NCBI GenBank assembly: GCA_951406725.2
Contig: OX597834.1
Coordinates: 6,510,001 to 6,574,000, forward strand
Length of the DNA stretch: 64,000 bases
From: Octopus vulgaris
Taxonomy: Eukaryota
Direction: 5' to 3'
In this document: piece by piece, positions 25,461 through 37,807 of the stretch
Position numbering within the stretch: the stretch's first letter is position 1
Layout: the number at the start of each line of letters is the position of its first letter
Notes under the pieces: model-generated
Told to the model about the DNA's origin: nothing
Database searches by the model: none
The model's input: the letters and a program-made list of their open reading frames with translations, nothing else
Program-made: the position numbers and the translations under genes

Positions 25461-26199
25461 TTATATATTTCGTTTTTGGATTTGGTTTGCAAGATTCTTT
25501 ATATGAGTTCGTGTGTTGAAGCATATTCTGTTGTGTCTGGGGAGAGTCATTTTCTTTTTGTGCCTTATAATGTAACACACTCACCGGTAAAATTTCCACT
25601 TATTTTTTATTTCTCAAGATAGTCAAGACTATGGAAAAGGTTTGCAAGGGACAACAAAAATTTTAGGAAAATAAAATAAGAAAGAAGTGGAAATTTTACC
25701 GGTGAGTGTCTTATAAATAATAAGGCACAAAATATAATAATGTTAGGTATATTTGCCATCTCAATATGGCTAACCACTAAGGGTGGGTGTTACTGTAGCT
25801 TTTAGCCCCAGGAGAACATCTCCTCCAGCTGGCTTTAGGCACACTTTCTGTGCTCTTTCGGTATTTGCAAAGGGAGGTCATCCTTGCAAATATCCCCCCA
25901 ACCTACGTTTGCAAATACCGAAAGGGCACAGAAAGTGTGCCTAAAGCCAGCTGGAGGAGATGTTCTCCTGGGGCTACAAGCTACAGTAACACCCACCCTT
26001 AGTGGTTAGCCATATTGAGATGGCAAATATACCTTACATTGTCGTGCAGTTACTGTTTATACCTCGTACACAGATTTATTATTGCTTATAATAATGTTAT
26101 AATAGTCTTATAATAGTGTTATAATATAGTGTTATAATATAATAGTGTTATAAAATAAGGCACAAAAAGAAAATGACTCTCCCCAGACACAACAGAATC
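25461..26199. mobile_element. Palindromic Penelope-type element (same family as 53350-53822), interrupted by a second hairpin element
   Basis: 25520-25612 is the reverse complement of 25668-25732 plus 26155-26199; decayed U3:A8-type hammerhead at 25629-25666. Confidence 0.7.
25739..26090. repeat. About 300-bp hairpin element with an unpaired 3' tail, in an (ATA)n tract
   Basis: Arms about 25739-25871 and 25908-26040 with about 3 mismatches. Confidence 0.88.
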
Positions 26200-26990
26200 A
26201 TTATATAATCTTCCTTAAATGTTCCTTCTATCATACCAATATAGCATAAAGGCTTGTGCTCTGACTCAGCATCACTGATTTAAACTCTGCCTTATATGTA
26301 GTTGCTTCTGTATTACATGTATCCTTTCTGGAGGCATGTTATCTTGTGAGTAGTTGAGCATCTGACAAATGTAAACACCCTATATAAGTCTTGTTAAGCA
26401 ACTGGTCACAGCCATTGTGAATGAGACATTGTCTCCATGCAAGTTTGAGTGATGAGTGCAGGAATGCAGAATTCTTCTTTAGTTCTTCTTTTCTTGCTTA
26501 AATCTCCAATTTTATTCTTAGTTCGTTGAACTGAAATTTCTTTTTGAATTATCGCTATGCAAACATTATTGTCATCAAAACCAATTTCTTTAATAGAATT
26601 CATTTAGAAATCCCTGCAAGGTAGCAGATTTAATTAACAATTGACAGAGCTCATTTACTTCCAGTTACTTCTTTTTGATTGTAAATTATGAACATAAAAT
26701 ATATAAAAAGGAAAAAGATGTTCCAAAAAAGCACGGAATGCACCAAAAAAGAAGTAAAAAAGAAAACCTTTTTAAATGTTCCTGGAAATACATCTGTGAG
26801 CTGAGATTGTGCAAGCGTTAAGATGTGCCAATCAATGTCTGGAGTTAAATATTTAACATGTTTGTCGGTGGCAGGATGAGCATCCAGATGTAAAAACCCA
26901 AACCAAAACCAAATCAGACTGGATATTAATGTAGCTTTCCTGCTAGCCAGCTCTGGTCAAACTGTCCAGCTAATGGAAAATGGGCGTTTA

Positions 26991-27022
<32 letters not shown>

Positions 27023-27087
27023 AATGATGATTTGTGCATTTCAAATAAAATGGGGTCAACACAGTTATTTTACAATAGTAAACGTAT

Positions 27088-27262
27088 ACTCTTTTACTCT
27101 TTTACTTGTTTCAGTCATTTGACCCCGGGATTTATTCTTTTTGTAAGCCCAGTACTTATTCTATCGGGCTCTTTTGCCAAACCGCTAAGTAACGGGGACA
27201 TAAACACACCAGCATCGGTTGTCAAGCAATGCTAGGGGGACAAACACAGACACACAAACACG

Positions 27263-27310
<48 letters not shown>

Positions 27311-27679
27311 TACGACGGGCTTCTTTCAGTTTCCATCTAACAAATCCACTCACAAGGCTTTGGTCGGCCCGAGGCTATAGTAGAAGACACTTGCCCAAGG
27401 TGCCATGCAGTGGGACTGAACCCAGAACCATGTGGTTGGTTAGCAAGCTACTTACCACACAGCCACTCCTGCGCCTATAGAATATAGAAATTTACTGTAT
27501 ATAGGCGTAGGAGTGGCTGTGTGGTAAGTAGCTTGCTTACGAACCACATGGTCCCGGGTTCGGTCCCACTGCATGGCATCTTGGGCAAGTGCCTTCTATT
27601 ATAGCCTCGGGCCGACCAAAGCCTTGTGAGTGGATTTGGTAGACAGAAACTGAAAGAAGCCTGTCGTATATATATATTC

Positions 27680-27710
<31 letters not shown>

Positions 27711-27953
27711 CGTGTGTGTGTGTGCATGTGTGTATATGTTTGTGTGTCTGTGTTTGTTCCCCCAACATCGCTTGACAACTGATGCTGGTGTATATACATA
27801 CCCGTAACTTAACGGTTCGGCAAAAGAGACCGATAAAATAAGTACTAGGCTTACAAAGAATAAGTCCTGGGGCGATTTGCTTGACTAAAGTCGGTGCTCC
27901 AGCATGGCCACAGTCAAATGACTGGGACGAGTAAAAGAGTAAAAGAGTGAAAG
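27088..27953. mobile_element. Head-to-head SINE A pair (27088-27476 -, 27503-27953 +)
   Basis: Two 5' ends about 26 bp apart. Confidence 0.9.
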
Positions 27954-28009
27954 ATATACAGATTCTATTAATTGCTTTTCAATTTCACACAATACAACTT
28001 GTTTTCTTT

Positions 28010-28660
28010 ATATATAAAAAAAAATACAAAATGGGACAAGAACGTAAAACATCTAAATAGACGATACAAAAAACACGGACGGGTCATTCTAAGCCTTTAA
28101 TCTTCAGTCAAGAACCGGGTCATCCTCTCAATTTCGGTTGATTAATCTTGAGATTGCTCCAATCTGGCCAGCCCCAAGGAAAAACTAAGCTAAGAGCATT
28201 AGATTCCTTGGAAAAAGGATCGAATGTATACAAAACAAGGACAGAAAGACGGACGATGTTACATGAATATAAATACAAAAAAACAAAAAAATACGAATAT
28301 AAATACAAAAATGCAATAATAATAATAATAATAATAACAGGACATAACAACAGGCGTCTTTCGACTAGAGAAGAATTAAATTCAGCCAGCGTATTGAGAA
28401 TAAGCCTTACGGCAGACGAAAAGAACAATGTTACAGTGCCCGTGGTCCGACGCAAAAGGGCTAGTCGGCCAGCGGTCATTTGAGAAGAGAAGAGAGAGAA
28501 AAAGAGGAGCAAAAGAATTAAGGAAGGGGGGGGGAGAAAAGAAAGAAAAAGAGGAACAAAGGAATTAAGGAGGGGGAGAAGAGAGAGAAAAAGAGGAACA
28601 AGGAATTAAGGAGGGGGAGAAGAAAGAGAGTGTGTAGACCGAAGAATCAAGGATTGTTTC
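28010..28660 (-). mobile_element. TA-flanked, CpG-rich repeat of uncertain class (probably Penelope-type non-coding end)
   Basis: TA boundaries, internal duplicated module (acaaaa..ggaca..gacgat..aca) and a purine-rich repeat; composition differs from the flanks. Confidence 0.35.
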
Positions 28661-28679
28661 CTTTATACATATATAAACG

Positions 28680-29108
28680 CTTACTCTTTTGCTCTTTTGC
28701 TTGTTTCACTGATTTGACTGCAGCCATGCTGGAGCACCGCCTTTAATCGAACAACTCGACCCCAGGACTTATTCTTTTGTAAGCCTAGTACTTATTCTAT
28801 CGGTCGCTTTTGCCGAACCGCTAAGTAACGGGGACGTAAACACACCAGCATCGGTTGTCAAGCGATGTTGGGGAGACAAACACAGACACACACATATATA
28901 TATATACAAACACACACATATATATACATATATATATATATATACGATGGGCTTCTTTCAGTTTTCGTCTACCAAATCCACTCACAAGGCATTGGTCGGC
29001 CTAAGGCTATAGTAGAAGACACTTGCCCAAGGTGCCACGCAGTGGGACTGAACCCGGAACCATGTGGTTAGTAAGCAAGCTACTTACCACATAGCCACTC
29101 CTGCGCCT
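28680..29108 (-). mobile_element. SINE A, full length
   Basis: Family homology. Confidence 0.92.
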
Positions 29109-29395
29109 ATGTGTATGTTTCAGTAAAACATGATTTTTTTCTTACTATCAAATCGATTATTATTCTATTATATACCCTAGCAGTATATAAACAATATATT
29201 GTACCTGTGCTGACATTTCTCTTTTTCTTGCACCTTCCTCTGTACCTCGTTCATGTCTTATGTTTGGGTCTGTCCCTCACTTACATCTTCATTCGTTGCA
29301 AGTACCTCCTTTCTTGCAGCCCCATTTTTCAGGGATTCACAACTCCCTGAATTCTAAACTGCATGTTTGCTTTTCAATTTGTGACACATGCACAC

Positions 29396-29455
<60 letters not shown>

Positions 29456-29935
29456 GTATGTATGTATGTATGTATGTATGTATGTATGTATATATGTAAG
29501 TATGTATGTGTGTATGTGTATGTAAGTATATATGTATGTGTATGTATGTAAGTATGTATGTATGTATGTATGTGTGTATGTGTGTATGTGAATTAGTTAA
29601 TCAATTTACAGGTAAAGGTATTAGTTGCCAATTCTGTACAAGACATTGTAGATCTTAAGCTGGGCTAAAAAGTGACATTTGATCACAGCACCAATAACAG
29701 TTAAGCTTCATGCAATGGCCATACTCGATAACGAGGGGCCAGCCATAACATAATAATGTATGTATGTATGTATGTATATATATATGTATGTATATATGTA
29801 TGTATGTATATATGTATGTATGTGTGTATGTATATATGTATGTATTTATGAATGTATGTATGTATATGTGTTTATGTATATGTGTGTATACATGCATATA
29901 CATATATGCATATATATACATATATATATATATAT

Positions 29936-30165
29936 GTTTCTTTACTACCCACAAGGGGCTAAACACAGAGAGGACAAACAAGGACAGACAAACGGATGAA
30001 GTCGATTACATCGACCCCAGTGCGTAACTGGTACTTAATTTATCAACCCCGAAAGGATGAAAGGCAAAGTCAACCTCGGCGGAATTTGAACTCAGAACGC
30101 AATGACAAACGCAATACCGCTAAGCATTTTGCCCGGTGTGCTAACGTTTCTGCCAGCTCGCCGCC
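29936..30165 (-). mobile_element. SINE B monomer
   Basis: Family homology. Confidence 0.9.
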
Positions 30166-30931
30166 TTATAATATATATACATGTATGTATGTATGTATTT
30201 ATGAATGTATGTATGTATGTATGTATGTATGTGTGTTTATGTATATGTGTCTGTATACATTCATATATATAATATGTATACATGTATGTATGTATATGCA
30301 TCTACCCAAACTCTCTAAAGAAGCCCCAAAAGTTAACACCTAAAATAGTGAAGAGAGAATAATTCTCATCTATCATGTCACAGCTATTTTCTTTCAGGGA
30401 AGCTGAAGTGTTTATACACAAATTGTATCCAAAGTGCAGATACACACACACACACACACACACACATACACACACATTTCAATATCCCCAAATGCTTAAA
30501 GATATGGGCCTGGATGAGTACCTCAATGCTGAACGCTTCGGTAATCTGGTAATTTTACTTCTGTTGTTTCACGCACACACAGAACACACATACGTACGTG
30601 TGAATAATATTGTTTCCCAGCAAGTTTTCACCAGCTCAATAAATTCTTCATTGACAGAGTTATGACAATGTAAACACATGAACACGTGAACACACACACA
30701 CACACACACAATGTAACAAATGGAAAAACGCCTAAAAATATTTGCTCTCTGCCCAGAGAATTACCATATCAAGAGAGTAATCGCTATGCCATACATCTCA
30801 CTTCCATCAATTATTACTCTTTACTCCTATCTCACACACCATCTTTTTTCTGCCTGATCTATATGTATACACCACTCTCTTTCTCTCTCTCTCTCTCTCT
30901 ACATATATATATGTATGCATGTATGCACGTG

Positions 30932-30966
<35 letters not shown>

Positions 30967-31196
30967 ATGTGGGTATATATATGTATTACGTATGTGTATA
31001 TATATATATATGTATATGTGTATATATATGTGTGTGTGTATATACATTTATACATGTGTATGTTTGTGTGTATATTTATATCTATGTATGTATGTGTGTG
31101 TATATATATATATACATATATATGTATGTATGTATATATATATACACACACATATATATGTATGTATATATATATATATATGTATATATGAATGTA

Positions 31197-31241
<45 letters not shown>

Positions 31242-31586
31242 GTATATGTATATATATTCGTTTACTTATATTCATATATTTACAGACTTTTATTAATGTG
31301 TTTGCTTATATGTGTACATATTACATATGTATTTGCTTCTACACACATTCACACATATATACATGCACATTTAAACACTTACATGCCATTATATACAGTA
31401 ACACTTTATCTTGCATTGTGGACAGCAGCATCATTATTGTATATATTTTCATAAGTGTGTGTGTGTGTCTCATTACGTCTGCCTATATGTATGTGTGTTT
31501 GCACACCCACACTCTCACAAAAAAATATATATATATTTATATACAAATTATGTAAGTATATGATTATATTTCTATGTGTCTGTGAA

Positions 31587-31637
<51 letters not shown>

Positions 31638-31677
31638 TCAGTCATTTGACTGCGGCCATGCTGGAGCACCGCCTTTA

Positions 31678-31833
31678 GAGTGGTGAAAGAGTACAGCAGG
31701 GATCACCACCTCGCCGGAGCCTCGTGGAGCTTTTAGGTGTTTTTTCGCTCAATAAACACACACAACGCCCGGTCTGGGAATCGAAACCGCGATCATCCGA
31801 CCGCAAGTCCGCTGCCCTAACCACTAGGCCATT
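31678..31833 (-). mobile_element. SINE family D, 5' half
   Basis: tRNA head tggcctagtggttagggcagcggac...ggtttcgattccc; matches 57740-57996. Confidence 0.85.
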
Positions 31834-33064
31834 ATATATACATATATATATATACATATATATATACATAAATCCATATATATATATACATGTATATATG
31901 TATACATATATACATGTATATATATACATATATACATATATATATAAATATGCATACGTACATACATACATATATATACATACATATATAAATATACATA
32001 CATACGTATACATATATACATATATACATAAACACAAATACAGTTAAATGCATGCATACATATATGTATATTTAACTATTTATATGCATATATCTACAAA
32101 TATATTTTCATACAAATATAGCTATATATATATCTATATATATATATACATTTATGATATACAAGAATAAATTCAGCATATATATATAAATGAGTATGTG
32201 TGTGTGTGTATACATTTATTATCATTATTTAATATCTATATTTTCTGTAGTAGAAGCCTTCCCAGCTACCAATCTGCACATGATGTGAAAATGAATATAC
32301 ACACAAATATACACATGTGTAAATGTATACACACACACACACATATAATATGCAAAATTTATATATATAAATAATATCATATAGTTTCTTTTGAAACTGA
32401 GTGTGTTGCTTATGACTTGAGTTTCATGCCACTGCAATCTTCTGGCCAGGATTTCTTGCCTGAACATTGTTGTGGTGCAGAGTTCTAGTTGCAAGACAAG
32501 CTTTTAGTTTAAGTCTTAATAAAATAAACAAAACTTATCTTCTGCAAAATATATGGAGCACATCTCTGTCATTCACTGAACATAAACTTATATATATATA
32601 TATACATATAAATATATAGATATATATACAAACAAATATATATATATATAATGAAGATAAAAGAGAAGACAGAATGTACCAACAAAAGAATTTTCATATT
32701 GTTACAAGAATTATTTCATCTTGAAGATGCCCTGCTCCCTCATGGGCGTGGAATGATGCAATAACACCAGATGGAAAGCACAGTGCATAGAAGACTCCTC
32801 ATGTAAGACACTAAGGTTTGAAACAGGGACATTTACATTTCAGTTTCGCTGTATTGAGAGATTTTAACAGTTAGACAGACTTGCAGACATTCTTATGTTT
32901 GAATCGTTACAAAGACATACAGATGCCCACATTAACAACCTGAGATAAGGTTTCAATACAGTTTTTAACATATATTTTCTTAACCTTAATTCTTTAACCT
33001 TATATTTGACTTATATATATATATGTGTGCATATTATATGTATAATATATATATATATATATAC

Positions 33065-33221
33065 TTTAAAAGCAGCAGCAATTCAACAAAACCTGTTACT
33101 CAGAGTAACTCCAAGTAACAGGTTTTGTTGAATTTCTGCTGCTTTTAAATAAAGCATATTACTCTACCCCTGGTATTTGAGTACTCTGTTTTCAACCTTG
33201 TTTCACATTTATGTTTACTCT

Positions 33222-33225
<4 letters not shown>
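33065..33225 (+). mobile_element. Second, shorter palindromic copy of the 1718-2010 family in (TA)n
   Basis: Same arm sequence; the inversion junction lies in the stem III palindrome (actcagagt/actccaagt). Confidence 0.85.
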
Positions 33226-33273
<48 letters not shown>

Positions 33274-33396
33274 CAGCAAAATTTAGATTCAAATGAATAT
33301 GGTACTTAAGTTAGATGCACCAGAATTTTGTATGGTGTTATCCTTTTTAATCCATGGGGTGATTATAATCAAGATAAGCAACAAGAATAACTTCGG

Positions 33397-33488
33397 TAAT
33401 TTGGTACAATCGTTTCACGCTACATCATTTTATTAAATATTGTAAGTATTACAACAGTTTTAGAATGTTGAGCAATCATCAGCCATTA
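33397..33488 (-). ncRNA. Type I hammerhead motif (inverted copy)
   Basis: Minus strand: tgg-CTGATGA-ttgctcaacatt...aatgatgtagcgt-GAAA-c(gatt)g-TA-cca. Confidence 0.75.
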
Positions 33489-33624
33489 ATAGAGGTTTCC
33501 CATTAATACATAATTTTCATATCAATTGATAACATTATAGAGAAGGCAGATATATAGACAAAGATGTCGATTTAAATTTTAAGAACATTCAGGTAGTAGA
33601 GTTTAGCAACTGACTGAAGAATAT

Positions 33625-33716
33625 TAATGGCTGATGATTGCTCAACATTTTAAAACTGTTGTAATACTTACAATATTTAATAAAATGATGTAGTGTGAAA
33701 CGATCGTACCAAATTA
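33625..33716 (+). ncRNA. Type I hammerhead motif, intact core, long stem II
   Basis: tgg-CTGATGA-ttgctcaacatttta...taaaatgatgtagtgt-GAAA-c(gatc)g-TA-cca. Confidence 0.8.
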
Positions 33717-33858
33717 CCGAAGTTATTCTTGTTGCTTATTTTTGATATATATATATATAGTTAATCCAAACGTGAAAACTCAAAGAGAAAACACAACGCG
33801 AGGACGTGGAACAAGTATAGCATTATTGGACACTCAGGAAACGAAGGAAAGAAGGAGG

Positions 33859-33893
33859 ATTCAATGTTTCAAGCGGAGCTCTTCATCAGAAAC
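33859..33893 (-). ncRNA. Ultra-minimal hammerhead motif in a TA-flanked element (33760-33965)
   Basis: Minus strand: ttt-CTGATGA-a-gagc(tcc)gctt-GAAA-ca-TT-gaa; the gctt and acat variants fit CpG decay of gctcGAAAcgtt. Confidence 0.65.
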
Positions 33894-34099
33894 ATAGAAA
33901 AAGGAAAGATCCACGTATGGGAAGACGGAAGGAAAGAATCGCCAACTATACACACGCGGTCATATATTGAATGACTGGAAGAGAATGGGTGAAGAAAAAG
34001 TTCTTTCAAAGACAGGAGAGTGCAAGAGAAGGAGGTATGTGTGTGTATGTGTGGGTATGTGCATGTGGGCAGGTCTGTGTGTGTGTAATGATAGCAAGT

Positions 34100-34130
<31 letters not shown>

Positions 34131-34197
34131 GTTGGGTTAATCTATGTGTGTGGTTGGGCTTAGTATTGTTTAAGATCATAGGAAAAATTGGTAGGAG

Positions 34198-34230
<33 letters not shown>

Positions 34231-34285
34231 CTGTATGTATATATATATGTATGTATGTATATATATATGTATGTATGTATATATG

Positions 34286-34350
<65 letters not shown>

Positions 34351-34356
34351 ATATAC

Positions 34357-34400
<44 letters not shown>

Positions 34401-34719
34401 AAGGCAATGATTCTAGTGACTATACTTTGCTGTAAATTTCCAGCTGTCGTTAACATTGCTAATTACGGAATTTCAATTAGCAAAAGTCCTGTAGTGAAAT
34501 GATGCTACAGGATTCGTTGGAGTTTATTGTTGAGGCCATTAGTGTTGACAGGGAAGCAAAACAAAGTGTAAAAGAAAAGCAAAAGAAAGTCTGTTAACGC
34601 TGACCATCGTTGAAATGAAATGTGATAATTGCAGTGTAGAATAGACGGATTGAACTGGAAGAAATATATTTTCAGCCGGAATAACAAATAGAACGGAGAT
34701 ATTTTAAGCCAAAGAAGTT

Positions 34720-36230
34720 TGCCATTTTGCAAAGAGCGTTTGACTACAGCTGTAGCCCATGGAAGCCAATGTGTCTGGTCAGGCAGCATGGAGAGACAGC
34801 TACACAAAGCAAACTTTTATCAAGTATTCTGTGAAGAAGAATGAAACCTATTGGGCTGCAAATTCCTTCTAAGGAAAGTGCGTGATGTGCTTTCATCCCC
34901 AGTTAATTCTAGATATCAGGGTTGGAGCGAGACAGGTGTTGGCATTTGTGTGAATATCATGCTACATTGGAGCATATATTTATTTCATTACTACCCACAA
35001 GGGGTTAAACACAGAGGAGACAAACAAGGACAGACAAACGGATTAAGTCGATTACATCGACCCCAGTGTGCAACTGGTACTTAATTTATCGACCCCAAAA
35101 TGATGAAAGGCAAAGTCCGACCTCGGCGGAATTTGAACTCACAACGTAACAGCAGACGAAATACCTATTTCTTTACTACCCACAAGGGGCTAAACACAGA
35201 GGCGACAAACAAGGGCAGACAAACGGATTAAGTCGATTACATCGACACCAGTGCACAACTGGTACTTAATTTATCGACCACGAAAGGATGAAAGGCAAAG
35301 TCGACCTCGGCGGAATTTGAACTCACAACGTAACAGCAGACGAAATACCTATTTCTTTACTGCCCACAAGGGGCTAAACACAGAGGGGACAAACAAGGAC
35401 AGACAAACGGATTAAGTCGATTACATCGATCCCAGTGTGCAACTGGTATTTAATTTATCGACCCCGAAAGGATAAAAGGCAAAGTCGACCTCGGCGGAAT
35501 TTGAACTCACAACGTAACAGCAGACAAAATACCTATTTCTTTACTACCCACAAGGGGCTAAACACAGAGGGGACAAACGGATTAAGTCGATTACATCGAC
35601 CCCAGTGCGCAACTGGTACTTAATTTATCGACCCCGAAAGGATAAAAGGCAAAGTCGACCTCGGCGGAATTTGAACTCAGAACCTAACGACAGACAAAAT
35701 ACGGCTACGCATTTCGCCCAGCGTACTAACGTTTCTGCCAGCTCGCCGCCCTGGAGCATATATTGGCAGCATTTACATCTTCCCTTGCAGAATAATACAT
35801 TGTAACGTAACTAAGTCTGGAGTATCTTTGCTGATGTATTTAACCCTTTATCATTCATGTCTTGCAAACAACTTGCACATGCAAGTGCTACCAGTCAAAA
35901 ACTCCGCATACCAGAAGCCAGCAAGTGTATGGGGTCATCAGGAGAGAATGCCCTTGTTGAATGATATTAAGCCTGTATGAGGTTTAGCAGCTTCACAGGG
36001 ATACCGTCTGCCTGCATAATATGCCAGAGGGCCTCCCGATCCACCGAGTCGAAGGCAGCCGCAAAATCGATGCTTGGTAAAATTTGACTTGGTAAAAAAT
36101 TCCACTTGCTGAGATTACAGTGCTTGGGAAGCAATCGATATGGGAAGAGCAAACAGCAGAAAGGACTTCAAACATGAATGACTCACAGATTCTTGGGAAG
36201 AAAGAGAATTGGTAGCATTCAATGTTTCCA
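34720..36230 (-). pseudogene. Decayed RTE-clade LINE (RT fragment and 3' region), interrupted by a SINE B multimer
   Basis: IDFAAAFDSVDREALWHIMQADGIPVKLLNLIQA is a classic RTE RT motif. Confidence 0.75.
34981..35751 (-). mobile_element. SINE B with four tandem 3' units and a single 13-bp TSD
   Basis: Units start at about 34981, 35167, 35350 and 35534, with one head. TSD tggagcatatatt at 34968-34980 and 35752-35764. Confidence 0.92.
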
Positions 36231-36271
36231 GTTGAGAAACGGTTTATAGATCCTTTATAGATCCTATATAA

Positions 36272-36502
36272 GGCGGTGAGCTGGCAGAAACGTTAGCATG
36301 CCAAGCAAAATGCTTAGCGGTATTTCGTCTGCCATTACGTTCTGAGTTCAAATTCCGCCGAGGTCAACTTTGCCTTTCATCCTTCTGGGGTCGATAAATT
36401 AAGTACCAGTTACGCACTGGGGTCCATGTAATCGACTTAATACCTATGTCTGTCTTTGTTTGTCCCCTCTATGTTTAGCCCCTTGTGGGTAATACAGAAA
36501 TA
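36272..36502 (+). mobile_element. SINE B monomer with TSD
   Basis: ggtttatagatccttt at 36241-36256 and 36503-36518. Confidence 0.9.
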
Positions 36503-37807
36503 GGTTTATAGATCCTTTGCAGATCCTCAATGCCCTATAAAGCTGACACTGGACTTAAAAAGGATTGCAAAGCAGAGACTTGTTAAATGGAGAAGGATGC
36601 ATTAATTCCTTCATCATGTATATAATAGGGATACATGATAGAAAGACCTAAACCAGTAGTTCTCAACTAGGGGTTCATATGAGATTTTTGGGAGGGCCCA
36701 GACAAGCAAAATAGTAAACTGGGCATACACAGTAATATATTAAGGTTCCATGAAAACATTTTGTTTTAAATGTATTTAGCATTTTACATAGTTCAACGTA
36801 CATAAGTTAATGTCTGCAAGAAGTTTCTATGAAACTAGTTTTTGAACATTGAGAAGCTATAGGGGTCCAGAAGAGTAGAATAGGAATCAAAGAAGGTCCA
36901 TAGGTAAAACAAAGTGTTGAGAACCACTGAATGGAGAGCAGAGAAGAAATCTTCATCGAGTAATAAAGCAAAATAGTTTCTTCATGGCTGAATGGTTAGA
37001 GCTACATATTGTTTGGATGGTAGATTCGGTAATAATAACAACAGAAAAATGTGTTAGAATCTAAGTCAAAAGAAGCCATTTATTACCTTGTAACAGCAAT
37101 GAACACATCACAACTGATAGGGATGATATTGTCAGAAGTGCTGAAATGACTGATGTCTAGTTGACAGCTGATGAATGAAAAGTCTGAATAGATATTTCGT
37201 AGATCAATGAGAATATAATGTTGATGTGATTGCATTTGCAGGAAACTCAATAGAGATAGGAAGTAGCTAGGTTTCGTGGATTATTGGTATGGTGGTGGGG
37301 GGGAGAACCTAATAGTGTTAAACAAGGAAACATACACACATTCTTACATACATACATAATACATATATATATATATATATATATTAAATTAGAGATAAAA
37401 CAACTATTAGGCAAATCAAACAGTGAAAAACATAGACCAAAACATAGAAATAAAATTAATATAATATACAAAATATATAAAATATAAAATTCAAAATTTA
37501 AATTATTTAAATTTAAAGTTAAGATTAAAAATTTTTTTTTTTAAATTATTAATTTTTACTTATAAATTTTGATATATATATATATATGTTTTTTATTATT
37601 TTTATTATTATTATTATTTTAATTTTTATTTAATTTTAATTTAATTTAATTTTTTTAATATTTTAATTTTTTAAAAAATAAATATAACTATCAAAAAGTA
37701 TTAAAAAGTTTAATATAAGATAAAGAGTATATATATATATATTAGGGAGCATAACTCCAAACTTACAAGGAAAAATTCAATTTAGCATTAAATCAAATTT
37801 CACAATA

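Larger units (their letters stand above)
33270..33746. mobile_element. Penelope-type pLTR with an inverted partial copy, in (TA)n
   Basis: Inverted arms 33368-33491 and 33622-33746, each containing a hammerhead. Confidence 0.8.

Noticed and set aside
25968-26058. HDV-like ribozyme
   Set aside because: P2- and P3-like pairings are possible, but P1 is imperfect and the P1.1 GG and catalytic J4/2 motif are missing.
26406-26613. Minus-strand coding exon (MNSIKEIGFDDNN...)
   Set aside because: All three frames stop shortly after the acceptor; short ORF with no recognised homology.
28095-28170. Hammerhead on the minus strand (ctgaaga; ctcaaga...cgaaatt)
   Set aside because: Could not place stems I-III consistently.
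32718-32795. Hammerhead-like ttgaaga...gaaagcacagtgc
   Set aside because: C3 and U16.1 are absent and stem I is weak; too decayed to call.
37160-37215. ctgatga followed by a hairpin
   Set aside because: GAAA and stem III are missing; possibly a dead PLE motif but unsupported.
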